DNA of 64,000 nucleotides from an uncultured Bifidobacteriaceae bacterium (GTDB taxonomy: Bacteria > Acidobacteriota > Vicinamibacteria > Vicinamibacterales > UBA2999): contig CAZXTM010000005.1 in the NCBI GenBank assembly GCA_964643765.1, positions 1,677-65,676 of the forward strand. Direction: 5' to 3'. The translations under genes and the position numbers were made by a program. Under the pieces are notes generated by a model. The model was not told the origin of the DNA and did not search any database. It was given only the letters and a program-made list of their open reading frames with translations. This document shows positions 36,123-44,630 of the stretch, in pieces. Positions within the stretch are counted from its first letter, which is position 1. Each line of letters starts with the position of its first letter.

Positions 36123-38933
36123 ATGATGAGCCGTGTTCTTGGTTCGGGCCTGTGCTCGATCCTGCTGCTGACCGCCCCGGCCGGAGACGCCCGGGCGTTG
36201 ACCCTGGCGGAGCAGTCCGCCGCCCGGACCGTGCGCGTCACGGGCGTGGTCAAGGACGACCGCAACGGCATCACGCTGCCAGGCGTGCCGGTCGAGGTCG
36301 AGGGCCGGAGTGACACGGTCTACACCGACGTCGACGGCCGGTATGTGCTCGACCTGCCGCCGGGCACCTACCAGCTGCGCGTGGTGCTTGATGGCTACCA
36401 GGAGCGCAAGGTGGCCGTGACGGTGACGGCCGGCGCACGCATTCCCGACGTCAATGTCGGCCTGCAGATGTCCGCCTTCGCGGAAACCGTCGTGGTGCAG
36501 GGCGTCGCCAGCACGGTGGATGTGGTCACCTCGAGTACCGAGGCACAGATTCTCGAGCGGCGCAACGCGGTCGTCATCGAGGATAACCTCGGGTCGCAGG
36601 ACATGAAGCAGAATGCCGACTCGGATGCGGCGTCGGCCATGTCTCGCGTGACGGGCCTGTCGGTCGTCGACAATCAGTATGTCTACGTGCGCGGCCTCGG
36701 CGAGCGCTACAGCAACACGACGCTGGCCGGCGCCACGCTGCCGACGACCGAGCCGGACAAGAAGGTGGTGCCGCTCGACATGTTCCCGGCTGGCCTGCTC
36801 GACAGCGTGCAGGTGGCCAAGTCGTATTCGCCGGATCGGTCGGCCGAGTTTGCCGGGGGGCTCGTGCAGATCTCGCCCATCAAGTTTCCCAGTCGTCCGG
36901 TGATCTCACTGTCGTATGGTGCATCAGCCAACACCATCTCGACCGGCAAGAGCATTCCGCTGAGTCCGCTCGGCATGCGTGACTGGTGGGGCTACGACAA
37001 TGGCGGACGTGCGCTGCCGTCCATCTTCCCGGCCAACAAAATCGTGCGCCGCGGTATCTACACGCCCACCGTGGGCTATGGCCCCGAGGAGATTACCAAT
37101 TTCGGGCGCGCCCTCGAGAACGTCTGGCGACCGGCGACCGCCGATGGCGCCCCGGGGCAGAACTTCGGGGCCGTGTTCGGCAACCGCTTCGGCAAGCTGG
37201 GCGTGGTGGCCAGCGCGTCGCACAGCTACCGAGAGACGTTCGTGCGCGAGCAGCGCGCCTTCTACCGCATCGAGGAGGGTAATGCCCTCGAAGCCGTCAG
37301 TGACTACGACATGCAGTACGGCACGCAGCGCGCGCAGCTGGGCGCAGTGGCCAATCTGGCCTATCAGTTCACCACGAACCACCGGCTGTCGCTGCAGAAC
37401 TTCTACAGTCACAGCGGTCGCGACGAGGGACGCGTGTTCGAGGGGCCCAACACCGAGAACCTCTTCTACTACCGCAACTATCGCGTGCAGTTCATCGAAG
37501 AAGGGCTGCTGTCGAATCAGTTGACCGGTGAACACTTCTTCCAGGGGCTCGGGAATAGCCGCATCGACTGGCGCGCCAGCGTGGCCAACGCACAGCGCCA
37601 CGAGCCGGACCTGCGCGAAACGCTCTATCAGGCCAACATGAATGCTGCGGGACAGCCCACCTCGTCCTTCCTGCTGGCCGACGAGTCACAGAGCGGCTTC
37701 CGGATGTTCAACGATCTTGACGACCAGACCCTCGATCTGGCGGTCAACTGGAGCGCGTTCCGCACGGGCGGATCGCGCCCGACGCAATTCAAGATGGGCG
37801 CCAACTACATCGACCGCAGCCGAGATTTCCGGTCGCGCCGCTTCCGATTCATTCCGAACGTGGCCACCTCCGGTGGACAGATTGGTGTCAACCTGGCCCT
37901 GACGCCCGAGGAGCTGTTCACGCGCGAGAACATCGGGACGCGCTTCCGCTTCAACGAGGAAACCCGCCCGGTCGATGCCTATGCCGGAGCGCAGACGGTG
38001 GTGGCCGGCTACGGCATGGTCGACGTGGCATGGTCAGCGAGCACGCGCCTCATCGCCGGTCTTCGGGTGGAAGACTTCAACCAGGAGGTCACCACCTTCG
38101 ATCCGTTCGGGCTGTTTGTCCGCACCCTGAAGGCCGAGAACCGCAACACCGATTTCTTTCCCTCGGTGAACCTGGTGCGGTCGGTCGGCATCAACCAGAA
38201 CATCCGGGCGAGCTACAGCACGACGGTCAACCGTCCCGAGTTCCGCGAGCTGGCCGCCTTCGAGTTCACCGATGTCGTGGGCAACCGCGCCACCCAGGGG
38301 AACAAGGATCTCGAACGGGCGCTGATCCAGAACGCCGACTTGCGCTGGGAATGGTTCCCGGGTCGCCGCAGCGTCCTGGCGGTCTCCAGCTTCTACAAGT
38401 ACTTCGACAGCCCGATTGAGCGCGTCGTCATTGCTGCGGCGAACCCGATTGTGACCTTCCAGAACGCCGACAGTGCCCGCAACTTCGGCGTGGAGCTCGA
38501 AGCCGCGCACGAGCTGGGCAAGGGCTTCTATGTCAACGCCAACTATACGTGGGTCAACTCCACGATTCGGCTGCGCCCAGAGCAGCGGACGGTGCAGACC
38601 TCGCTCGAGCGACCGCTCGCCGGTCAGTCGCCCTCACTGCTGAATGTGACCGGTGAGTGGGTGTTCCGTGGCTTCTCGGCCCGTGCCCTGATCAATTACT
38701 TCGGTGATCGTATTTCGGATGTGGGTGCGAACCAGGCGCCGGACGTCATCGAGAACGGGCGGGTCACGGTCGACCTGGTGGCCACCCAGCGTCTGGGCGG
38801 TCGGGTCAACATGCGCATCAGCGCCGAGAACCTGAACAACCCCACCTGGCAGTTCACGCAGGGGCCCGAGAGCCAGCGCCGCTTCCAGCTGGGGCGCACG
38901 TTCGGCATCTCATTCGGCCTGGATGTGTTCTAG
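36123..38933 (+). CDS. TonB-dependent receptor with N-terminal carboxypeptidase-regulatory-like domain
   Basis: ATG 36123 is preceded by GAGG. Signal MMSRVLGSGLCSILLLTAPAGDARA, a CarboxypepD_reg-like domain (VTGVVKDDRNGITLPGVPVEV...DGRYVLDLPPGTYQL), a plug (VRGLGERYSNTTLAGATLP) and a barrel ending ...FGISFGLDVF. An in-frame GTG at 36081 is a possible leaderless alternative. Confidence 0.88.
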   Translation: MMSRVLGSGLCSILLLTAPAGDARALTLAEQSAARTVRVTGVVKDDRNGITLPGVPVEVEGRSDTVYTDVDGRYVLDLPPGTYQLRVVLDGYQERKVAVTVTAGARIPDVNVGLQMSAFAETVVVQGVASTVDVVTSSTEAQILERRNAVVIEDNLGSQDMKQNADSDAASAMSRVTGLSVVDNQYVYVRGLGERYSNTTLAGATLPTTEPDKKVVPLDMFPAGLLDSVQVAKSYSPDRSAEFAGGLVQISPIKFPSRPVISLSYGASANTISTGKSIPLSPLGMRDWWGYDNGGRALPSIFPANKIVRRGIYTPTVGYGPEEITNFGRALENVWRPATADGAPGQNFGAVFGNRFGKLGVVASASHSYRETFVREQRAFYRIEEGNALEAVSDYDMQYGTQRAQLGAVANLAYQFTTNHRLSLQNFYSHSGRDEGRVFEGPNTENLFYYRNYRVQFIEEGLLSNQLTGEHFFQGLGNSRIDWRASVANAQRHEPDLRETLYQANMNAAGQPTSSFLLADESQSGFRMFNDLDDQTLDLAVNWSAFRTGGSRPTQFKMGANYIDRSRDFRSRRFRFIPNVATSGGQIGVNLALTPEELFTRENIGTRFRFNEETRPVDAYAGAQTVVAGYGMVDVAWSASTRLIAGLRVEDFNQEVTTFDPFGLFVRTLKAENRNTDFFPSVNLVRSVGINQNIRASYSTTVNRPEFRELAAFEFTDVVGNRATQGNKDLERALIQNADLRWEWFPGRRSVLAVSSFYKYFDSPIERVVIAAANPIVTFQNADSARNFGVELEAAHELGKGFYVNANYTWVNSTIRLRPEQRTVQTSLERPLAGQSPSLLNVTGEWVFRGFSARALINYFGDRISDVGANQAPDVIENGRVTVDLVATQRLGGRVNMRISAENLNNPTWQFTQGPESQRRFQLGRTFGISFGLDVF

Positions 38934-38961
38934 CGTCCGCTCGCGACAAGGGAAACAGACC

Positions 38962-40281
38962 ATGATGACCAACGGAATTCTGAAGGCAATGACTGCGGCC
39001 GCCGCCTGCGCCGTGATGCTGGTGGCCGCAGCAGAACCGGTCCGCACCGATCAGGCGCCGCCGGTGAACGTGCCCGGCATTGACAAGCCAGTGGTGGTGG
39101 TCACCGGCGAGGTGACCGGCACCGAGCAGTGGACAAACAACTTCTACTATGTGCTGCGGGGCGCGGTGTTTGTCACCGAAGGTGCCACGCTGCGGATTCA
39201 GGCCGGCACCCGTGTGGTGGGCGAGTCGGGCAGCGTCGGCACGCTCATCATTCTGCGCGGGGGACGCATCGAGGCACTCGGCACGGCCGAGCAGCCCATC
39301 GTCTTCACCAGCGACCAGGCGCCGGGCACCCGCGCCCGCGGCGACTGGGGGGGCATCATCATCAACGGCCGCGCCCCCGTGAACCTCGAGGGCGGCGAGG
39401 GCCAGGGGGAAGCCAACACCGGCATCTACGGCGGCACCGACCCCAACGATAACAGCGGCATCATGCGCTATGTGCGGCTCGAGTTCGCCGGCACGGAGTT
39501 CAGCCCCGACAACGAACTGAATGGCATCGCATTCCAGGGCGTTGGTCGCGCCAGCACGTTTGAATACATTCAGGTGCACATGAACCGCGACGATGCGTTC
39601 GAGTGGTTTGGCGGAACGGTGGACGGCAAGTATCTGGTGGCGTCCAATACTGGTGACGACTCGATTGACTGGACGTTCGGGTGGACCGGCCGCCTGCAGT
39701 ATGTCGCCGTGCATCAGCGTGGCGACGACTCGGACAACGGCATCGAAGCCGATAACAACGAGTTCAACAACAACCTGCTGCCGCGTGCCAACCCGCAGAT
39801 TTACAACGCCACCTTCTGCGGTGACCGACTGCAGGGGCCGGAAAGCACGCGTGCCATCCTGTTCCGCCGGGGGACGGCCGTCACCTTCCGGAATTTCCTG
39901 GTGACCGGCTACAAGACGACCGGCCTGCAGATTGACGGCACGTCGACCCTCGAACAGGTGAACAACGGCACTACGCAGATTGGCGCCGGCGTCATCTGGA
40001 ACGTCCCCACGCCGCTGCACTCGAGCGTCGTGCCTTTCGTGCAGAGCGGTCGTTTCCCGTCGGTGCGGATCAACGTGGATGGCGGCCTCTCCGCGGAGTG
40101 CTTCAATCACAACGCCCCGAACTTCCAGCCAGTCTCGGCCGCAACGCTGGCCGGCGGCCAACTGGCACCGATTCAGCCGCCCAATGACGGTTTCTTCGAC
40201 GCGGTGACCTTCATTGGCGCGGTGCCGCCGGCCCCGCAGCCCAACTGGATGGACGGCTGGACCGCCTTCCCGCAGAGCTGA
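38962..40281 (+). CDS. secreted hypothetical protein (beta-helix-like repeats), receptor-linked
   Basis: ATG 38962 is preceded by GGGAAACAG. Signal MMTNGILKAMTAAAACAVMLVAAA. Repetitive G-x-rich beta-strand pattern with conserved acidic motifs (RGDWGGIIINGRA, DDAFEWFGGT, GDDSIDW, DDSDNGIEADNN). I do not recognise a named family. Confidence 0.75.
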   Translation: MMTNGILKAMTAAAACAVMLVAAAEPVRTDQAPPVNVPGIDKPVVVVTGEVTGTEQWTNNFYYVLRGAVFVTEGATLRIQAGTRVVGESGSVGTLIILRGGRIEALGTAEQPIVFTSDQAPGTRARGDWGGIIINGRAPVNLEGGEGQGEANTGIYGGTDPNDNSGIMRYVRLEFAGTEFSPDNELNGIAFQGVGRASTFEYIQVHMNRDDAFEWFGGTVDGKYLVASNTGDDSIDWTFGWTGRLQYVAVHQRGDDSDNGIEADNNEFNNNLLPRANPQIYNATFCGDRLQGPESTRAILFRRGTAVTFRNFLVTGYKTTGLQIDGTSTLEQVNNGTTQIGAGVIWNVPTPLHSSVVPFVQSGRFPSVRINVDGGLSAECFNHNAPNFQPVSAATLAGGQLAPIQPPNDGFFDAVTFIGAVPPAPQPNWMDGWTAFPQS

Positions 40282-40325
40282 GCACGGGCCTGGTGTCGTC
40301 GCCGTTGCTCCGCACTGCCGACCTC

Positions 40326-40360
40326 GTCACGGGGGACCACCGACGGTGGTCCCCCGTGAC
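40326..40360 (+). terminator. perfect 16-bp GC-rich hairpin with 3-nt loop after the receptor-linked gene
   Basis: GTCACGGGGGACCACC gac GGTGGTCCCCCGTGAC, 45 nt after the stop at 40281. No U-tract follows. Confidence 0.5.
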
Positions 40361-40868
40361 TCACCGGGCGGGCCGTCACGCGCTCGCCCCGCTGCTCCTG
40401 CTGCTGGGGCTGTCCCTCGCATGTCGTCCCTCACCGCCTTCACTGTCTGGCGCCTCCCCGTCGGCCCAGGCCCTAGCAGAGGCGCTGGTCACGGCGTATC
40501 GCACCAGCGACCGTGCCGCCCTGGGCCGCATGACCATGACCGAGGCCGAATTCCGCCAGTGGGTCTGGCCTCACCTGCCAGCGGCCAGGCCGGAACGAAA
40601 CCTGCCGTTCTCGTATGTCTGGGGCGATCTTCATCAGAAGAGCGAGGCCAGTCTCGGGCAGCTATTCGCCCGGTATGGAGGGCGGGACATGGCGGCCGAG
40701 GCGGTGCGGTTTTCGACGGTGTCCCCGTATGGACAGGCCACGGTCCATCGCGAAGCGACCGTCACGGTCTCCTCTCCATCGGGCAGCGGAGAGCCGCTTC
40801 GACTGTCCGGTTCGTTTCTCGAGATCCACGGCCAATGGAAGGTCTTCAGCTTCGTGGTCGATGACTAG
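40356..40868 (+). CDS. hypothetical lipoprotein
   Basis: The frame is open from 40293, but nt 40326-40360 form a perfect 16-bp hairpin. GTG 40356 gives a signal-peptide-like N-terminus (THRAGRHALAPLLLLLGLSLAC). No recognisable domain. The start is uncertain (40293 alternative). Confidence 0.55.
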   Translation: MTHRAGRHALAPLLLLLGLSLACRPSPPSLSGASPSAQALAEALVTAYRTSDRAALGRMTMTEAEFRQWVWPHLPAARPERNLPFSYVWGDLHQKSEASLGQLFARYGGRDMAAEAVRFSTVSPYGQATVHREATVTVSSPSGSGEPLRLSGSFLEIHGQWKVFSFVVDD

Positions 40869-40886
40869 TCCCCGGGCCCGCAAGAT

Positions 40887-40918
40887 GTTACGCCCCTGAA
40901 ACACACGCGTGGGAGAAT
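40887..40918 (+). promoter_or_regulatory. two phased heptamers + -10-like hexamer upstream of DUF47-pitA
   Basis: GTTACGC ccct GAAACAC acgcgtgg GAGAAT gcgacct GTG (40926). The hexamer overlaps a possible SD (GGGAGA), so the two readings compete. Confidence 0.3.
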
Positions 40919-40925
40919 GCGACCT

Positions 40926-41543
40926 GTGAAGTTCAGACTCATTCCCAAAGAAGAGAAGTTCTACGACGACTTTGCCACCATGGCCGATCGAATCGTGTCG
41001 GGTGCCACGCTCCTCGAGCGCATGGTGGCCACGGATCCGCCGAACTGGGACATGGCGCCGCAGATCAAGCAGGTCGAGCACGAGTGTGATGCCCTCTGCC
41101 ACGACATCATCCAGCGGCTGAACTCCACCTTCGTCACCCCCATCGACCGCGAGGACATCCACGCGCTGGCCAAGTCGCTCGACGATGTGATGGATGCCGT
41201 GGACGCGGCAGCCGCGGTGCTGCGCCGGTATCGCATGACCTCGCTCCGCTACGGCGTGCGCGAGCTGGCCTCGCTGATCTGGCAGGCGACGATGCAGGTC
41301 AAGGTCGCGGTCGAGGCCCTCGAGAAGAAGAACGGGGTCCATGAGCGCGCCGTCGAGATCAACCGGCTTGAGAACTCGGCCGACGAGGTCTGGGACGAGG
41401 CCCTGCGCCGCCTGTTCGAGGAAGAACGTGACGCGCTGACCGTCATGAAGTGGAAGGAAGTGCTCGACCTGCTCGAGGAAGCCACCGATCGCTGCGAGGA
41501 CGTGGCGAACGTCCTCGAAAGCGTCGTGGTCAAGCACGGGTAG
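40926..41543 (+). CDS. DUF47-family (PhoU-like) protein associated with Pit transporters
   Basis: KFRLIPKEEKFYDDF...ECDALCHDI...FVTPIDREDIHALAKSLDDVMD is typical of DUF47/TIGR00153 proteins encoded upstream of pit genes. GTG 40926 lies 9 nt after GGGAGA and gives a family-typical N-terminus. ATG 40917 directly abuts the GGGAGA and is the alternative. Confidence 0.85.
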   Translation: MKFRLIPKEEKFYDDFATMADRIVSGATLLERMVATDPPNWDMAPQIKQVEHECDALCHDIIQRLNSTFVTPIDREDIHALAKSLDDVMDAVDAAAAVLRRYRMTSLRYGVRELASLIWQATMQVKVAVEALEKKNGVHERAVEINRLENSADEVWDEALRRLFEEERDALTVMKWKEVLDLLEEATDRCEDVANVLESVVVKHG

Positions 41544-41549
41544 CCACCG

Positions 41550-42551
41550 GTGGATACCAACCTCGCGCTGGTGGTCCTCGTCATCGGGGTCGCGCTCGTT
41601 TTCGACTACATCAACGGTTTTCACGACGCGGCCAACTCGATCGCCACGGTCGTATCGACGCGGGTGCTGTCGCCGGGGAAGGCCGTCATCTGGGCGGCAT
41701 TCTTCAACTTTGCCGCCGCCCTGGTGGTGGGCACGGCCGTGGCCAAGACGGTCGGGTCAGGGATGATCGACCTGTCGGCCGTGACGACCAGCGTCATTCT
41801 GGCCGGGCTGATCGGGGCCATCGTGTGGGATCTCATCACGTGGTACTACGGGTTGCCGACCAGTTCGTCGCACGCCCTGGTCGGTGGCTACGCGGGCGCG
41901 GCGATTGCCAAGGCCGGCGTGGCGGTTCTCGTTCCGGCCGGGTGGACCAAGACACTGATCTTCATCCTGCTCGCCCCCGGCATCGGCTTCGTGCTGGGCT
42001 TTGCCTTCATGGTGGCCATCCTGTGGATCTGCCGGGGCGCCGCCCCGTCGCGTGTCGATCGCTGGTTCCGGCGCCTGCAGCTGGTGTCGGCGGCGCTCTA
42101 CAGCCTCGGCCATGGGGCCAATGATGCCCAGAAGACCATGGGCATCATTGCCGGTGTGCTGGTGACTGGTGGGTACCTCAAGGAGTTCGAGATTCCCCTG
42201 TGGGTCGAAGTGGCCGCCTACACGGCCATCGCTGCGGGGACGCTGTCTGGTGGCTGGCGCATCATCCATACGATGGGGTCGAAGATTACGCGGCTGCAGC
42301 CAGTGGGCGGGTTTGCCGCGGAAACCGCGGGAGCCGTGTCGCTCTTCACGGCCACGGCGCTTGGCGTGCCGGTCAGCACCACGCACACCATCACCGGCGC
42401 CATCATCGGCGTGGGCTCGACGCGGCGACTGTCGGCCGTGCGCTGGGGCGTGGCGCGCCGCATCGTGTGGGCATGGGTCCTGACCATTCCGGCCTCGGCC
42501 GTCATTGCCGCGCTGTCGTTCTATGTCCTCGACGCCATCGGCATGCCCTAG
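41550..42551 (+). CDS. pitA: inorganic phosphate transporter, PiT family
   Basis: Duplicated PiT signature (DYINGFHDAANSIATVV at the N-terminus, LGHGANDAQKTMGII in the middle, VSTTHTITGAIIGVG near the C-terminus) and about 10 TM segments. Confidence 0.93.
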   Translation: MDTNLALVVLVIGVALVFDYINGFHDAANSIATVVSTRVLSPGKAVIWAAFFNFAAALVVGTAVAKTVGSGMIDLSAVTTSVILAGLIGAIVWDLITWYYGLPTSSSHALVGGYAGAAIAKAGVAVLVPAGWTKTLIFILLAPGIGFVLGFAFMVAILWICRGAAPSRVDRWFRRLQLVSAALYSLGHGANDAQKTMGIIAGVLVTGGYLKEFEIPLWVEVAAYTAIAAGTLSGGWRIIHTMGSKITRLQPVGGFAAETAGAVSLFTATALGVPVSTTHTITGAIIGVGSTRRLSAVRWGVARRIVWAWVLTIPASAVIAALSFYVLDAIGMP

Positions 42552-42571
42552 GCCGGTAGAGGTGCGCCGCC

Positions 42572-43849
42572 TCAGTTGCCCGGCGGCGTCTGCGGCAGTG
42601 TCAGCGTGAACACCGCCCCGCCCTCGGGGCGGTTGGCCACCGTGATGGTGCCGCCGAGCACCTGCACCAGGTGCTTCACAATCGCCAGACCAAGGCCCGT
42701 GCCTCCGGGCCTCGCACGCGACTTGTCCACCCGATAGAACCGCTCGAAGACGCGCGTCAGGTCGCTGGCCGGTACGCCGGGCCCGGTGTCCGAGACGATG
42801 ATGGCCACGCCCGCATCGGCGGGACCAGCCTCGATCGTGATCGTCCCCTCGTCCGGCGTGTAGTTGACGGCATTCTCGACGAGGTTCCGCACGACGTCAT
42901 GCAGCTTGGCGACGTCGGTGCTGAGTCGGGCCACGGCCGGGTCAACCATCAGGCGCACCTGCTGCCGCTTCGCGGTCGACAGCTGGGCCATGTCGCTGAT
43001 GACGCCCGCCAGCAGCGGCTCGAGCTCGCAGGGGGAGGCATCGGCCTGCTCCTGCCCGGCGTCGAGGCGGGCCAGGCGCAGCAGGTCTTTGACGAGCCGT
43101 TCCATCCGTGACGCCTGGGTGTGGATGATCTCGAGGAACCGCTCGCGCATCGCCTCGTCATCCGGATCGTCCAGCAGTGCTTCGGCATAGCCCTTCACTG
43201 CCGTCAGGGGGGTGCGCAGCTCGTGCGACACATTCGCGACGAAATCGCGCCGCATCTGATCGGCGTGCCGGAAGGCGGTTACATCCTGCAGCACCAGCAC
43301 GGCACCGCGGCCCCCGCTGTCGAAGGGCGCCACGCGCGCCATGAGTGTGCGCGGTGGATCGAGCGGCAGCGTGAGTTCGAGCGTCGAGGCCGGGGCGCCC
43401 TCGAGGCCGCCGGTCAGTTGCTCGACGATCGCCGGATGGCGGAGTGTCTCGATATAGGGATGCCCCAGGGCGCTGCGGTCCAGTTTCAGCAGCTGACGGG
43501 CGGCGTCATTGACCAGCTGGAGGCGGCCCTGACTGTCGACGACCAGTACCCCCTCGGCCATCGAGGCCAGCACGGTTTCCGTGCGGGCGCGGTCGCGGCT
43601 GAGCTGATCGATCTGCTGGCCAAGCTCGCGAATCGCCTGGTCAAAGGCTCGGGCCGTGTCACCAAGGTCGTCATCACCATAGTCGGGGGCCTCACGGCTG
43701 CGATCGCCGAGGGCGTATCGTCGGGCGGTCTGCCTGATGACCTCGACGCGCTGCCGGCGCGCGCGGGCGCGCCGGCGCCACGCCTGATGCGTGATCAGGG
43801 CACCGAGTGCGCAACCGAACAGGGCGGCGATCAGCAGGGGCAGCATCAT
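42572..43849 (-). CDS. phoR: PhoR-like sensor histidine kinase
   Basis: Start taken at ATG 43849, 5 nt after the regulator stop (MMLPLLIAALFGCALGALI TM). HAMP/PAS region, H-box FVANVSHELRTPLTAVKGY, N-box LVENAVNYT, G-boxes DTGPGV and GGTGLGLAIV. Confidence 0.88.
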   Translation of the reverse strand: MMLPLLIAALFGCALGALITHQAWRRRARARRQRVEVIRQTARRYALGDRSREAPDYGDDDLGDTARAFDQAIRELGQQIDQLSRDRARTETVLASMAEGVLVVDSQGRLQLVNDAARQLLKLDRSALGHPYIETLRHPAIVEQLTGGLEGAPASTLELTLPLDPPRTLMARVAPFDSGGRGAVLVLQDVTAFRHADQMRRDFVANVSHELRTPLTAVKGYAEALLDDPDDEAMRERFLEIIHTQASRMERLVKDLLRLARLDAGQEQADASPCELEPLLAGVISDMAQLSTAKRQQVRLMVDPAVARLSTDVAKLHDVVRNLVENAVNYTPDEGTITIEAGPADAGVAIIVSDTGPGVPASDLTRVFERFYRVDKSRARPGGTGLGLAIVKHLVQVLGGTITVANRPEGGAVFTLTLPQTPPGN

Positions 43850-43854
43850 GGGCC

Positions 43855-44562
43855 TCACCCCGCCGGCGGCGGGTCGAGCAGCTTGTAGCCGAACTGCTTG
43901 ATGGTGACGATGGCGTCGACCAGCACGGGCAGCTTCTCGCGCAGGCGGCGGATGTGCACGTCGACGGTGCGCGTGCCGCCGGTGTAGGCATAGCCCCACA
44001 CATCGGTCAGCAGCAGATCGCGCGACAGTACGCGCCCGCGATGTTCCATCAGGTACTGCAGCAGCAGGAATTCCTTGGCCGTGACGCGCACCTCGTCGCC
44101 GCCGTGGCGTACCACGTGGCGCTCGATATCGACGGTGAGCGGGCCGTAGGTGAGGGACGGGGCCGCAGGAGCGGTGCGGTGGGTGCGCCGCAGCAGCGCA
44201 CGGACACGGGCCACCACTTCCTTGGGGCTGAAGGGCTTGGTGATGTAGTCGTCAGCCCCGGTCTCCAGCCCGGCGATGCGCTCCTCCTCGCCGTCGCGGG
44301 CCGTCAGCAGGATGATGGGCACCAGGGCCGTGGCCGTGTCGGCGCGCAGGGCACGGCACAGCTCGAGGCCGTTCATGCCGGGCAGCATCACGTCGAGCAG
44401 CAGCACGTCGGGCGGTTCGCGCCGGGCCTGGGCCATCACGTCGCGTCCGGAGGTGAGCACCGTGGCCACAAAGCCGGCCTTCTGCAGGTAGCGCGCCACC
44501 AGCTGGCCGATGTCGGCATCATCCTCGACAATGAGCGCGCGCAGCGGAGGAGCGGTGGACAT
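43855..44562 (-). CDS. phoB: PhoB/OmpR-family response regulator
   Basis: Start taken at ATG 44562 (MSTAPPLRALIVEDDADIG). Receiver domain (DVLLLDVMLPGMNG, DDYITKPF) and winged helix (VTAKEFLLLQYL, VDVHIRRLREKL, FGYKL). Lies upstream of the kinase. Confidence 0.92.
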   Translation of the reverse strand: MSTAPPLRALIVEDDADIGQLVARYLQKAGFVATVLTSGRDVMAQARREPPDVLLLDVMLPGMNGLELCRALRADTATALVPIILLTARDGEEERIAGLETGADDYITKPFSPKEVVARVRALLRRTHRTAPAAPSLTYGPLTVDIERHVVRHGGDEVRVTAKEFLLLQYLMEHRGRVLSRDLLLTDVWGYAYTGGTRTVDVHIRRLREKLPVLVDAIVTIKQFGYKLLDPPPAG

Positions 44563-44573
44563 GAACCGGCTTG

Positions 44574-44607
44574 ATTGTAGCGTGACGGCGATGGTTGATT
44601 CGTGAAC
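44574..44607 (-). promoter_or_regulatory. two phased heptamers + TACAAT upstream of phoB-phoR
   Basis: Minus strand reads g TTCACGA atca ACCATCG ccgtcacgc TACAAT caagccggttc ATG (44562). Confidence 0.4.
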
Positions 44608-44630
44608 GCGACCCGCATACGCTGTGAGGC

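Noticed and set aside
40214-40864. 216-aa alternative-frame ORF overlapping the lipoprotein gene.
   Set aside because: Arg/Pro/Gly-rich with no signal or motif. The 40293/40356 frame gives a plausible exported protein with normal composition.
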